Source of the DNA: Acidimicrobiia bacterium
GTDB taxonomy: Bacteria > Actinomycetota > Acidimicrobiia > IMCC26256 > PALSA-610
NCBI GenBank assembly: GCA_036501845.1
Contig: DASXZO010000102.1
Coordinates: 16,284 to 80,283 of the forward strand
DNA: 64,000 nt
Reading direction: 5' to 3'
Shown here: positions 8,118 to 16,402 of the stretch, piece after piece
Layout of the letters: every line of letters starts with the position of its first letter
How positions within the stretch are numbered: the first letter of the stretch is position 1
The notes under the pieces: model-generated
What the model was told of the DNA's origin: nothing
Seen by the model: only the letters and a program-made list of their open reading frames with translations
Database searches by the model: none
Made by a program: the position numbers and the translations under genes

Positions 8118-10820
8118 CCGCCCTCCATGGGCTGCGTCAAGGGCAGCTTCGATGTCACGCCGGTGTTCGACACCCAGCTTCACGAACGCGCGATACAGGT
8201 GGCTCTCGACCGTGCGCACCGACAACACGAGCTTCTCGGCAATCGTCACGTTGCTCATGCCCTGCGCGGCCAGGCGCGCCACCTCCTGCTCTCGCGGCGT
8301 CAACTGCGTCACCGCCGGCGCGGCATGCAGCGCCGGCGTCGACGCGCCCTCGCACTCGGTGGTGAGGCGATGCATGTGAAGCTGCGCGGCGATGCGCGGC
8401 GCGCTGCGTCCGGCGTCGTCGTGAAGCGCGCCGGCCGCGGCCCAGGCCTCGGCGGCCAAGAGCAACATCCCGTTCGACTCGAACTCCGATGCGACAGTCT
8501 CGAGTGTGCCCGCGTCACCTCGGCTCACCGCCGCGGCGTGTTGCGCCAGCGTCGTGGTCACAGGACTGTCGATCTGGCGAGCAACGGCTTCGAGGTGCTC
8601 CACCGGTACAGGTCCGCCGAATCGGACGATGGCATGGAGCAACGTCGTCGCTGCGGGCAGCATGCCGACCGCCTCGGCCCGTGCTGCCGCGCTCGACGCA
8701 ACCGCGATCGCGCCGCGCTGGTCGCCACTCGCGGCGAGTATCCAGGCGCGCGCGAGCTCGATGTCGCTGTCGTAGAAACGTGTGCCGCGACGCAGACCAT
8801 CGGAATGCCTCATCGCGGCACTGGCGGCATCGACCTCACCCATGAGCGCATACGCGGTGGCGAGCATTGCGTAGCCCCAGCAGCGATTCTGCAGACCGTC
8901 GCGTTCGGCCAGCATCGCCACCATGTCGCGGAGGTACGCCGCGGCTGTGGCTACGCGACCGCGGTCGAGCGCGATCATTCCGAGCGCTCCTGCGAAGAGC
9001 GACAGGCCATCGGTCGATCCTTCGGTCGATGCGGCGTCGTGGCCGAACTGCGCGAGCTGCGCCGCTTCGTCGAGGCGACCCGTGAGGCGCAGCCCGTAGA
9101 ACTGCGCCACCACGAGGTCGGTGACTGCCAGCGCATCGTCGGCAGCAAGCGTGAGCGTGGTGGCGAGATGTTGATCGACCAGTTCGAGCCCGGCGCCGCA
9201 TTGACCGAGCAGCACTTGCGCACCCGCGGCCGTACCGGCCGCACGCGCCCGGTCGATCGGCCGCACCGCACCCTCGATCAGGGGCAGCACGATCGGCAAC
9301 GCGCCGCGTGGGTTGCCCACTTGGATCGTGAGGCCGGCCCGGAAGCAGTCGAGCGCGTCGTTCGGCTTCGCCGTGAGGCGTGCGACGGCCGCATCGAAAT
9401 CGCCGTGACCCCAGAACCAGTAGGCCGCGCGGGCGGACGCGACCTCGGCGTCGTCGCGCAACTCGGGTGAACGCTCGAGCTCGGCGAGGATGGCATCGGC
9501 CTCGTCGAGCCGGTTCTGCCAGATGAGCGCACGCGCGAGTTCGGCGGCCCCGGTCGCGTCAGCGCCGCGGTCGAGCGCGGCACGCGCAAGATTCGTCGCC
9601 ACATCGATCTCGGTGTCGGCGTCGGCCGAAGGCGGAACCGGCCGCGCCCCTGCGGTCTCGGCGTGCGGTGCCGCACCCCGCCGCAGCAACTGGCCGGCCA
9701 GGTCTTCGAAAAACCCGAAGTAGGCATGGCGCGCCGCGCCGATCAAGGCATCGCGATCGCTGGTGTCGCCCGCCTGCAGTCGCCACGACGCCAAGCGCAC
9801 GAGATCGACACGGCGGCGCGGCCCGTGTGCTTCGAGCGCCTCGACAAGCTTGCGGTGGATCGCCCGGGCGCGCAGAGGCGGTACCGAGCGGGCGAGCACC
9901 TCGCCGTAGAGCGGGTGCGCGAGCGCCACCGAGAGGCGCCGTCGACTCGGATTTGCCGCAACCAGCCCGAGCGCCTCGGCCGCCTCGGCGGCCGGGCCGA
10001 AACCGAGGCGATCGATCATCGGCAGTTCGAGACCGCCGCCGAGCGCGAGCACTTCGAGCAGTGCTCGCCCGGCAGCATCGAGTGCGCGAATCCGTCCTTC
10101 GACGAGATCGCGCAGCCGTGGCGTGGCGGCGAGCGCACCGGTGCGCCAACGCCAAGATGCGTGCTCCTGCACGAGCGTGCCGGTCTCGCGGGCACCCAAC
10201 ACGTACTCCCGCACGAAGAGCGGATTGCCGGCGGTCGCCTGCCACACGTGGCGCAACGCGCCCGCGTCGACGTCGCCTTCGAGCATGTCGTGCACGAGCG
10301 CATCGGTCTCCGCTCGCGATAAGGGTTGTAGGTCGACGCGTTCGGCGATGCTGTCGCGCCACAGGCGCGCGACGGCATCCGGCACCTGTTCGTCGCTGCG
10401 AACCGTCGCGACCACGAACGGACCCGCCGCTTGCGAGATGATCAGATGCAGCAACGCGGCGGAGGCTTCGTCGAGGAGATGCGCGTCGTCCACCATCAGC
10501 ACGAGGCGACGATCGGCCGTCGCGGCGAGCAACGTCGACAATCCCTCGTGGATGAAGTCGAGTGCTGCCGCCTCACCGCCGCGATGCGCGACAAGCGCCG
10601 CGAACGGAGCGAGTGGTACGCCGGCCGACGACGCCGTCGCAACGACCACCTCGCACGACCAGCCATCGAACTCCGCAGCCGCGAGCGCTTCGCGTGCAAG
10701 TCGCGACTTGCCGACGCCCGCCTCGCCTGCGAGCACCACACCGCGTCGACCATCGCGGCGCGCCGCGGCGACGAATCGAAGCTCCTCCGAGCGACCGAAG
10801 AGCGCCACATCCGGTCCCAC
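8088..10820 (-). CDS. large ATP-binding LuxR-family (LAL / MalT-like) transcriptional regulator
   Basis: The N-terminal P-loop is VVLAGEAGVGKSRLA and the Walker B is LVLMVDDAHLLD. A long helical (TPR-like) middle region follows. The C-terminal LuxR HTH is LTPREQEVARLAAQGMSNVTIAEKLVLSVRTVESHLYRAFVKLGV. Confidence 0.9.
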   Translation of the reverse strand: MGPDVALFGRSEELRFVAAARRDGRRGVVLAGEAGVGKSRLAREALAAAEFDGWSCEVVVATASSAGVPLAPFAALVAHRGGEAAALDFIHEGLSTLLAATADRRLVLMVDDAHLLDEASAALLHLIISQAAGPFVVATVRSDEQVPDAVARLWRDSIAERVDLQPLSRAETDALVHDMLEGDVDAGALRHVWQATAGNPLFVREYVLGARETGTLVQEHASWRWRTGALAATPRLRDLVEGRIRALDAAGRALLEVLALGGGLELPMIDRLGFGPAAEAAEALGLVAANPSRRRLSVALAHPLYGEVLARSVPPLRARAIHRKLVEALEAHGPRRRVDLVRLASWRLQAGDTSDRDALIGAARHAYFGFFEDLAGQLLRRGAAPHAETAGARPVPPSADADTEIDVATNLARAALDRGADATGAAELARALIWQNRLDEADAILAELERSPELRDDAEVASARAAYWFWGHGDFDAAVARLTAKPNDALDCFRAGLTIQVGNPRGALPIVLPLIEGAVRPIDRARAAGTAAGAQVLLGQCGAGLELVDQHLATTLTLAADDALAVTDLVVAQFYGLRLTGRLDEAAQLAQFGHDAASTEGSTDGLSLFAGALGMIALDRGRVATAAAYLRDMVAMLAERDGLQNRCWGYAMLATAYALMGEVDAASAAMRHSDGLRRGTRFYDSDIELARAWILAASGDQRGAIAVASSAAARAEAVGMLPAATTLLHAIVRFGGPVPVEHLEAVARQIDSPVTTTLAQHAAAVSRGDAGTLETVASEFESNGMLLLAAEAWAAAGALHDDAGRSAPRIAAQLHMHRLTTECEGASTPALHAAPAVTQLTPREQEVARLAAQGMSNVTIAEKLVLSVRTVESHLYRAFVKLGVEHRRDIEAALDAAHGGRLSTAGSQMQ

Positions 10821-10864
10821 GGCTGCGAGTGTACGGAGAGCGGCCGCGCCTGACGAGTGCCCAC

Positions 10865-10911
10865 CTCAGTACCGCGCCGCGCGACATGCAGTACCGCCCA
10901 CTGTCGACAGC
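10865..10911 (+). promoter_or_regulatory. composite element 1, copy C (upstream of 10978..12102, divergent from the LAL gene)
   Basis: The plus strand reads CTCAGTA-CCGCGCCGCGCGAC-ATGCAGTAC-CGC-CCACTG-TCGACAGC. It ends 67 nt before ATG 10978 and starts 45 nt from the LAL start codon on the other strand. Confidence 0.5.
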
Positions 10912-10977
10912 TCCGCCGTCACATTCGACGATTGGCATCGTCGCGATCCGCGCGGCGCCACCCGAAGGGAGCCCGGC

Positions 10978-12102
10978 ATGCACCACTCACCCTCAATGGG
11001 GCATCGGAGTCGCTCACAGACGGGCGCGCCACGCCGCGCCCGACCCCGTCGAGTCGCCGCGCACATCGCAGCCGGCGTGCTGGTCCTCGCTCCGGGCCTC
11101 TTCGTGGTCGCCCAGGCGTCCACCGCCTCGGCGTCCGGATCTACCGCCCCGAAATGGGCCTACGCATGGGCCAATCGCCCGACTGCCGCGCACTACACAC
11201 CGAACCTCGAATTCCAGCGGCAGTCGAACGGTCGCCGCGCCACGGTCACTCGCAACGGCACGGGCAACTACGACGTCACCTTCCCCGGCCTCGCCGCCCT
11301 CACCGGTGGGACCGTGGAGGTGACCGCCGAAGACTCGGCCGGCTGGTGCCAGGTGGACAGCTGGGGCGGGAGCCCCGACGTCACAGTGAACGTGCTGTGC
11401 TTCGGTCCGAGGGGCACCGCACGTATCGACGACGGTTTCGACGTCGCGTACACGGTCGGCGCAGGTTCACCCGCGTACGCGTACGCGTGGGACGACTACC
11501 CCTCGTCGAACGGGCCGCCGAACAACGACTACGCCTTCGACGGCAAAGGCGGCACGATCACCAGCCGGCACATCAGCACGGGCCGCTACGAGCTGACCGT
11601 GCCGCACCTCGCGGGCAACAACGGCACCGTCAAGGTGACGGCGTACGGCGCCATTCCGGCGTTGTGCTCGGTCGTCAGTTGGGGCAGCGGGTTCATCGAT
11701 GTTGCATGCAACCAACCTTCGGGCGCGGCGATCGACAGCGAATTCGACGTGTCGTTCGCCAACGGCACCGTGTCGATGCTCGGTGTGGCTGGCCACAAGA
11801 GCGGTTACGCCTACGACTACGAGCCATCGCGCACCGCAAACCTCGTCGGCCAGTACGAATTCGACTCGGCGGGCGGTGCGGTGCACGTGACGCATCGTGG
11901 TACCGGCCTCTATCTCGTGACTTTCCCCAACCTCGGGCGGACGAACGGCCACGTGGAAGCGACGAGCTACACGCGCACGGGAGACCACTGTGCCGCCGAC
12001 GGCACGAACACGAGCGGTTCGGGAGCGAACGTGTACCTGCTGTGTTCCGACGGCTTCGGGCACCTGGTCGACACCATCTTCACCGTGCAGTACTTCGTCT
12101 GA
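10978..12102 (+). CDS. secreted protein with three tandem ~100-aa repeats (orphan family 1, paralog B)
   Basis: I trimmed the track ORF 10123..12102, whose 5' part is antisense to the LAL gene, to ATG 10978, which is preceded by GAAGGGA. The signal peptide is AAGVLVLAPGLFVVAQASTASA. The protein is collinear with 6612..7727 (KWAYAWANRPTAAHYTPNLEFQRQSNGR... ends VQYFV, versus VQYVV in paralog A). Confidence 0.8.
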   Translation: MHHSPSMGHRSRSQTGAPRRARPRRVAAHIAAGVLVLAPGLFVVAQASTASASGSTAPKWAYAWANRPTAAHYTPNLEFQRQSNGRRATVTRNGTGNYDVTFPGLAALTGGTVEVTAEDSAGWCQVDSWGGSPDVTVNVLCFGPRGTARIDDGFDVAYTVGAGSPAYAYAWDDYPSSNGPPNNDYAFDGKGGTITSRHISTGRYELTVPHLAGNNGTVKVTAYGAIPALCSVVSWGSGFIDVACNQPSGAAIDSEFDVSFANGTVSMLGVAGHKSGYAYDYEPSRTANLVGQYEFDSAGGAVHVTHRGTGLYLVTFPNLGRTNGHVEATSYTRTGDHCAADGTNTSGSGANVYLLCSDGFGHLVDTIFTVQYFV

Positions 12103-12131
12103 TTCGCGGCGTCAATGTGCTGATACGTCAC

Positions 12132-12776
12132 TTACACCGAGACCGCGCCGCCGGTGATGTGGAACGACGAGAACGGGCCGGCGCCGCAACCTGGTCCCGG
12201 GAGCGTCGTCTTGAACTTCACCGCGTGTGGCGCGCCCGTAGGCGGAAACGCGAACGAGCCCGACTTCGTCACGCTGCCTGGTGTGTTCAGCGTGATCAGG
12301 TCGACGCCACCCGAGACGGTGACGGTGCCTGGGTTCCCCGCGTAGACGATGGTCGTCGGCGCGATCGGTGAACCACTCGTCGTCCAGTTGATCACCACTT
12401 TGATGTTGCCGACCTTGTCGCTGCCAGCGAAGTTGGCGCAACTGCTTCCGTTGCCGCTCGATGGCACCGGCAGGTAAAAGCCAGAGCCGGTGACGACGCC
12501 GCCGATCACCTTGGTGCCTGCGGGCGACGTGACCGCGCCGTTGCAGGACTTTGCAGCCGGCGCCGGCACGAGCTTGGCGGTGAAGTTGATCTTCACCCCA
12601 CCGGGCGACCCGTTCGGTGTGAGGCCCGGCGACACGGTGCCGCCGCCCCCGAGCGCCATCCGGCACGTCGCCGAACCGTGCGCAACCGGCGAAGCCAGGC
12701 TCGGCCCGGCGCCAACCACAAGCAGCGGCGCGCAGAGCGCTACACCGGCAGCGAGGACGATCATCGTCCGTTTCAT
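12132..12776 (-). CDS. secreted Cys-containing protein (orphan family 3, paralog A)
   Basis: The signal peptide is MKRTMIVLAAGVALCAPLLVVGAGPSLA. The mature part shares a four-Cys framework with 35666..36259 (C[RK]M...SP[GA]L...C[NH]G...SC[AS]..AGS...CGA[GA]). Confidence 0.75.
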   Translation of the reverse strand: MKRTMIVLAAGVALCAPLLVVGAGPSLASPVAHGSATCRMALGGGGTVSPGLTPNGSPGGVKINFTAKLVPAPAAKSCNGAVTSPAGTKVIGGVVTGSGFYLPVPSSGNGSSCANFAGSDKVGNIKVVINWTTSGSPIAPTTIVYAGNPGTVTVSGGVDLITLNTPGSVTKSGSFAFPPTGAPHAVKFKTTLPGPGCGAGPFSSFHITGGAVSV

Positions 12777-12850
12777 GTCAGCTCCTTCACCACTTCACCC
12801 GAACGCGACCCATGAGTCGCGTGCCCGCCATCGTGACGTGAGCCGCGGAC

Positions 12851-12897
12851 GCTGTCGTCAGTAGCTACTACTGCACCTACGCGCTAACGGTACTGAG
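12851..12897 (-). promoter_or_regulatory. composite element 1, copy D (upstream of 12132..12776)
   Basis: The plus strand reads GCTGTCGTCAGTAGCTAC-TACTGCAC-N14-TACTGAG. The core CAGTAG-CTA-CTACTG is a perfect inverted repeat. It overlaps the last codons and stop of the CYTH-CHAD gene and ends 75 nt before start codon 12776. Confidence 0.5.
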
Positions 12898-14367
12898 ACG
12901 GCGCTTGGCACGTGCCCATTGGGATTGCCAGGTGCGCCGGGCGTCGACCATGTCGAGCTCATAGCGAGCAGCGAGTCGACCGGCCGCGAACGCGATCGGT
13001 TGCGTGTCGGAGTCGCGCGCCGCGTCGGAAAGCCACGCGATCGCAACGACCGCGTCCTGATGCGCTCCGAGCACATCTTGCAGATCGGCCAACGCATCAG
13101 CCGCGCGATCGGCCTTCTTGCCGAGGATCGGCGCGACTGCCTCGAGCGCGTAGCGAGCCTTCTTCGCGCGCTTCCGCAGCTCGTGCAAATCGCTATCGGA
13201 CGGAGTCGACGAGAGGCTCCGCACCCCCTTGCGCATGCCCCGCGACTGGCGACGCGCCACGTGGCGCGCGGCGCGACGCGCGCCACGAGCTGGCATGCGC
13301 GGGCGCGTACGGGGCGCATTGGCCGCGTCCACCAACTGGTCGAGCAATGTCACGTAGCGATCAGAACGCATCGCTTCGAGCAGCACTTCGAAGTCGCGCC
13401 TGCGCATGGCGTCGAGCCGAGTGAGCAGCACGTCGGCGCGAAGCCGTTCGTCGCTCGGCAGCGTGTGCGCTTTGGTCGAGAGGCTGTCGAGCAACACGTC
13501 GGCATCACGCACCCGGCCCAGTTCGGCGCCGAGCCAGCGCAGCTCGGCCCGCAGGCTCTCGCACCATTCACGATCGAGCCAAGGGCGGAAGGTGCGAAGG
13601 TTGGCGCGCAGCCGGCGGACAGTCGTGCGCGCGTGGTGCACGCCTTCGATATCCGTATCGAGCCGAACCGCGGCGTCGTATTCGATCAGGCGGCGCGTGC
13701 CCGTGGTGATCGCAGCGCGCACCACATCCTCGAGCGACGCATCACGGCGCAGCAGTCGCGCCTCGGCCACGTCGGCCGGCGCCGATGCGGCACTCCCCAG
13801 CACCCGCGCCACCTTGGTCTGCGGCGCTCGGGCGTCACCACCCAACGCCTCGAGGCGCTGCACGGCCTTGCCGACCGCATCCGCCACGTTGTCTCGTTTC
13901 GACTCCACCTCGGCCTCGAGGAACCGGGTCGAGTGGCCACTCGCCATCGCGCGACCGTGCACCGCGTCGACGACCACCTCCACCGCCGCACCCTCCGAGT
14001 CGTCGATCACCGCGCGTTGGCGATGGGTGTGCAGGTACGCGATGGGAACCAGCGCATCCGAGCGGATCCATGCCCGAACCAGATCGACGGCACCACTGGG
14101 AGGTTCGCCCTCTTCGCCGCCGATGGTGTACTCGTCCCGGACCAGCGCCCGGTCGGTGGATTGCCCCGGGAGCTTCACGGTCCATCCGTCGTCGGAGCGA
14201 TACCGCAGGCTCGCGCCGGCGCGGGTCAGTGCCAACCGCTCGGTGTCGAAATAGGTCGCTTCCTGATCGACAGCGTCGATCGTGCAATGCCCGAGACCAT
14301 CGACCACATCCGCAATCCCGAGGGACAGCAGCGCATCGAACGACACCTTCACCTCGGTCTCGGTCAT
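12877..14367 (-). CDS. CYTH and CHAD domain-containing protein
   Basis: The N-terminus has a CYTH-type beta-barrel signature (TEVKVSF...ATYFDTERLALTRAGASLRYRSDDGWTVKLP). The C-terminal ~280 aa form a CHAD-like helical, His/Arg-rich region (VHHARTTVRRLRANLRTFRP...LHELRKRAKKARYALE). Confidence 0.85.
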   Translation of the reverse strand: MTETEVKVSFDALLSLGIADVVDGLGHCTIDAVDQEATYFDTERLALTRAGASLRYRSDDGWTVKLPGQSTDRALVRDEYTIGGEEGEPPSGAVDLVRAWIRSDALVPIAYLHTHRQRAVIDDSEGAAVEVVVDAVHGRAMASGHSTRFLEAEVESKRDNVADAVGKAVQRLEALGGDARAPQTKVARVLGSAASAPADVAEARLLRRDASLEDVVRAAITTGTRRLIEYDAAVRLDTDIEGVHHARTTVRRLRANLRTFRPWLDREWCESLRAELRWLGAELGRVRDADVLLDSLSTKAHTLPSDERLRADVLLTRLDAMRRRDFEVLLEAMRSDRYVTLLDQLVDAANAPRTRPRMPARGARRAARHVARRQSRGMRKGVRSLSSTPSDSDLHELRKRAKKARYALEAVAPILGKKADRAADALADLQDVLGAHQDAVVAIAWLSDAARDSDTQPIAFAAGRLAARYELDMVDARRTWQSQWARAKRRLSTVSA

Positions 14368-14440
14368 CCCCTTGTCTTACCCGACACCGCAGCGCCTCGG
14401 TCACTGCAAAGTTTGGCGGCGAGGGCCGACCGGTCGATGA

Positions 14441-16402
14441 TCAGTGGGCGGCGGTCGACAATCGGAGCTGATCCCAGAGGAACGGGCCGAGCTTGCTGGT
14501 CCACCACTGCCCGCCGATCGTGAGCGAGGTGGTGTGGCCGGTTCCCCCTTGCTCGACTTCGTAACAGGCATTGCCGGCGCTCCGCAGGGCGTCGCAGGTC
14601 TCGAACGCGTACGCGGCGGTGACGTGGCTCGCGGTGTCGTAGCCGTGCATGAACATCAACGAGGGCGCCTCGGTGTTGGTCAGCGTCAGCGCGGGCAATC
14701 CGGGCGTGAGGAACGCGCCAGTTGACACTGCTGTCGCGATCGACGGCGACACGTTCGAGAGCGGTCCCGTGTATGGCGAGTTTGCGGACACGGCCGAGCC
14801 GAGCGCGAGCGCGCCGCCGGCCGAATTCCCCAAGATCGCGATGCGCGCCGGATCGACGCCGTAGGTGGAAGCGTTGGCCTTGAGGTACCGGATCGACTGT
14901 TGCGCGTCGAGCGTGGCTGCGGTGGCCAGTGCAACCGCGTTCACGTTCCCGGCGTTGGCGACCGACACCAGTCGATAATCGATCGTCACACCCACATAGC
15001 CGTACATCGCGGCCTGTTGCGCGTCCCAATCTTCGTCGGTGCGGCTGCCCCCGACGAACGCACCACCGTGGATCTCGACGAGCGTGGGACGCGCGGCAGT
15101 CTTGGCGTCGGGCGGCACGAACACATCCATGAGGAGCGGCGAGACCACGCCGCTCGCGTTGGGCGCCGACGAGTACTGCACGGTGTGTTCGGTGATCTGA
15201 GCCGCGCTGTATTGCGGGGTGGCATACAAGCCGCTGGCCGGCATGCCCTCGGGCGCGGCGAGCACCTGAAGCGAGAACGTCGCGGTGCCCAAGTTCTGCG
15301 TGGCCGGGCCCGGCTTGATCTTGTCTTTCGTGTCGAGCGCGCGCACCGTAAAGGTGGAGATCCCGGCGACCGTCGGCTTCCCGAGGATGATGCCCGTCGT
15401 CGGCTGGATACGCAGCCCCTTCGGCAAGTGCCCGCTGATGACCGTCCAGCGGTAGGGCGCGTTGCCGCCGGCTGCGGTCAGCGTTGTCGAATACGCCTGT
15501 TTGACCGCACCCGCGGGCAGACCGGTCGTGTCGATCGACACGCCGTCGATCACGTGCTCGAACGCCGCTGCGATCTGGGCGTAACCCTGATCGTTCGGCT
15601 GGAGGTTCACCGACGACGTGCACACACCCGTCCACTGGCAGATGTTCGCCACGTCTTGCGGCACTGTGGCGCCGGCGTAGGTGGCGGCGGGGTCGGTATC
15701 GTCGGTGGCGAAGGCTGACGACACGTCGGCGGTCGACGCGCCCGCCGCCGCGTAGATGTGATCGATGAGCCCGTTGAGCTGGTCCGTGTTGCTGATGCTC
15801 TGGGTCGCAGCCGTTTGGCCCGACGCTCCGGTCAGCCACGACGCCAGGAACGGGTCGTAGTAGTTCATCCCGTAGATCGGCACACCTGGGCCGGCCGCGC
15901 GCAGCGCCGACAACTCTTGGGGCAGGTTGGTCGAGATCGCGTTGAACGCGTTCGCAGCGCACGTGGCGTTCAGCCCCGAGGCCGTCGCGCATGCGGCGAT
16001 ATCGGATGCGCCGACGTCGATCGTGACCAGCGCGACCTGATGACCGTGGGCCTTCAGGAATGCGACGGCGTCACCAAGCTGGGTACCGCTCGAGTACGAG
16101 CATCCCGGGCCGTTGGCCATCGACGTGGTGGTCGCGCCGCCGCAGCCGAGGTTGACCGTCTGCAGATTCGCGTAGCGCGTTGCCTCGTGCGCGGCGACCA
16201 GGTTCACGTAGCCGTTGGCCGCCGTGCTGGCGCCGATGCCGGTGGCGAGCCAGTCGCCGAGGGCCAGGTAGTAGTGCGGCGGTGGTGCGGCTTTCGCCTC
16301 CGCGGCAGGGATCGCCGCCTCGGCTGCCATTGCGCCGGTGGTGATGCATGCGACCAGTAATGCCCAGGCTCGCGCGTGCCGGTGCCGCGTTCCAGTGAAC
16401 AC
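14441..16402 (-). CDS. secreted bifunctional esterase: SGNH/GDSL hydrolase, Ig-like linker and alpha/beta-hydrolase (carboxylesterase) domain
   Basis: I trimmed the track ORF (to 17296) to the GTG at 16402, which is preceded by AGGGGG. The signal is ARAWALLVACITTGAMAAEA. The SGNH block I-like segment is YYLALGDWLATG. A 'putative Ig' segment follows (YSTTLTAAGGNAPYRWTV). The esterase part has HGGAFVGG and the nucleophile elbow GNSAGG. Confidence 0.8.
   Translation of the reverse strand: MFTGTRHRHARAWALLVACITTGAMAAEAAIPAAEAKAAPPPHYYLALGDWLATGIGASTAANGYVNLVAAHEATRYANLQTVNLGCGGATTTSMANGPGCSYSSGTQLGDAVAFLKAHGHQVALVTIDVGASDIAACATASGLNATCAANAFNAISTNLPQELSALRAAGPGVPIYGMNYYDPFLASWLTGASGQTAATQSISNTDQLNGLIDHIYAAAGASTADVSSAFATDDTDPAATYAGATVPQDVANICQWTGVCTSSVNLQPNDQGYAQIAAAFEHVIDGVSIDTTGLPAGAVKQAYSTTLTAAGGNAPYRWTVISGHLPKGLRIQPTTGIILGKPTVAGISTFTVRALDTKDKIKPGPATQNLGTATFSLQVLAAPEGMPASGLYATPQYSAAQITEHTVQYSSAPNASGVVSPLLMDVFVPPDAKTAARPTLVEIHGGAFVGGSRTDEDWDAQQAAMYGYVGVTIDYRLVSVANAGNVNAVALATAATLDAQQSIRYLKANASTYGVDPARIAILGNSAGGALALGSAVSANSPYTGPLSNVSPSIATAVSTGAFLTPGLPALTLTNTEAPSLMFMHGYDTASHVTAAYAFETCDALRSAGNACYEVEQGGTGHTTSLTIGGQWWTSKLGPFLWDQLRLSTAAH

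Noticed and set aside
8127-9470. A 447-aa plus-strand ORF, and many other long ORFs antisense to real genes (for example 9559..10362, 13406..14254, 14364..15992, 22182..24740, 25309..26430, 26668..28239, 27237..29096, 37562..39658, 57749..58621).
   Set aside because: They lie entirely opposite genes with clear family signatures. They are Arg/Ala/Pro/Gly-rich with no recognisable motifs. They are the shadow ORFs expected in ~70% GC DNA, where stop codons are rare.
8088-10820. The large P-loop protein as a possible STAND antiphage (Avs-like) defence NTPase.
   Set aside because: The C-terminus is a canonical LuxR-type HTH and there is no nuclease, protease or other effector domain. The architecture fits LAL/MalT-type transcription regulators better.
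10123-10977. The N-terminal 285 aa of ORF 10123..12102.
   Set aside because: It is antisense to the 5' part of the LAL regulator gene. The real product begins with a signal peptide at ATG 10978 behind an RBS, and it aligns from there with its paralog.
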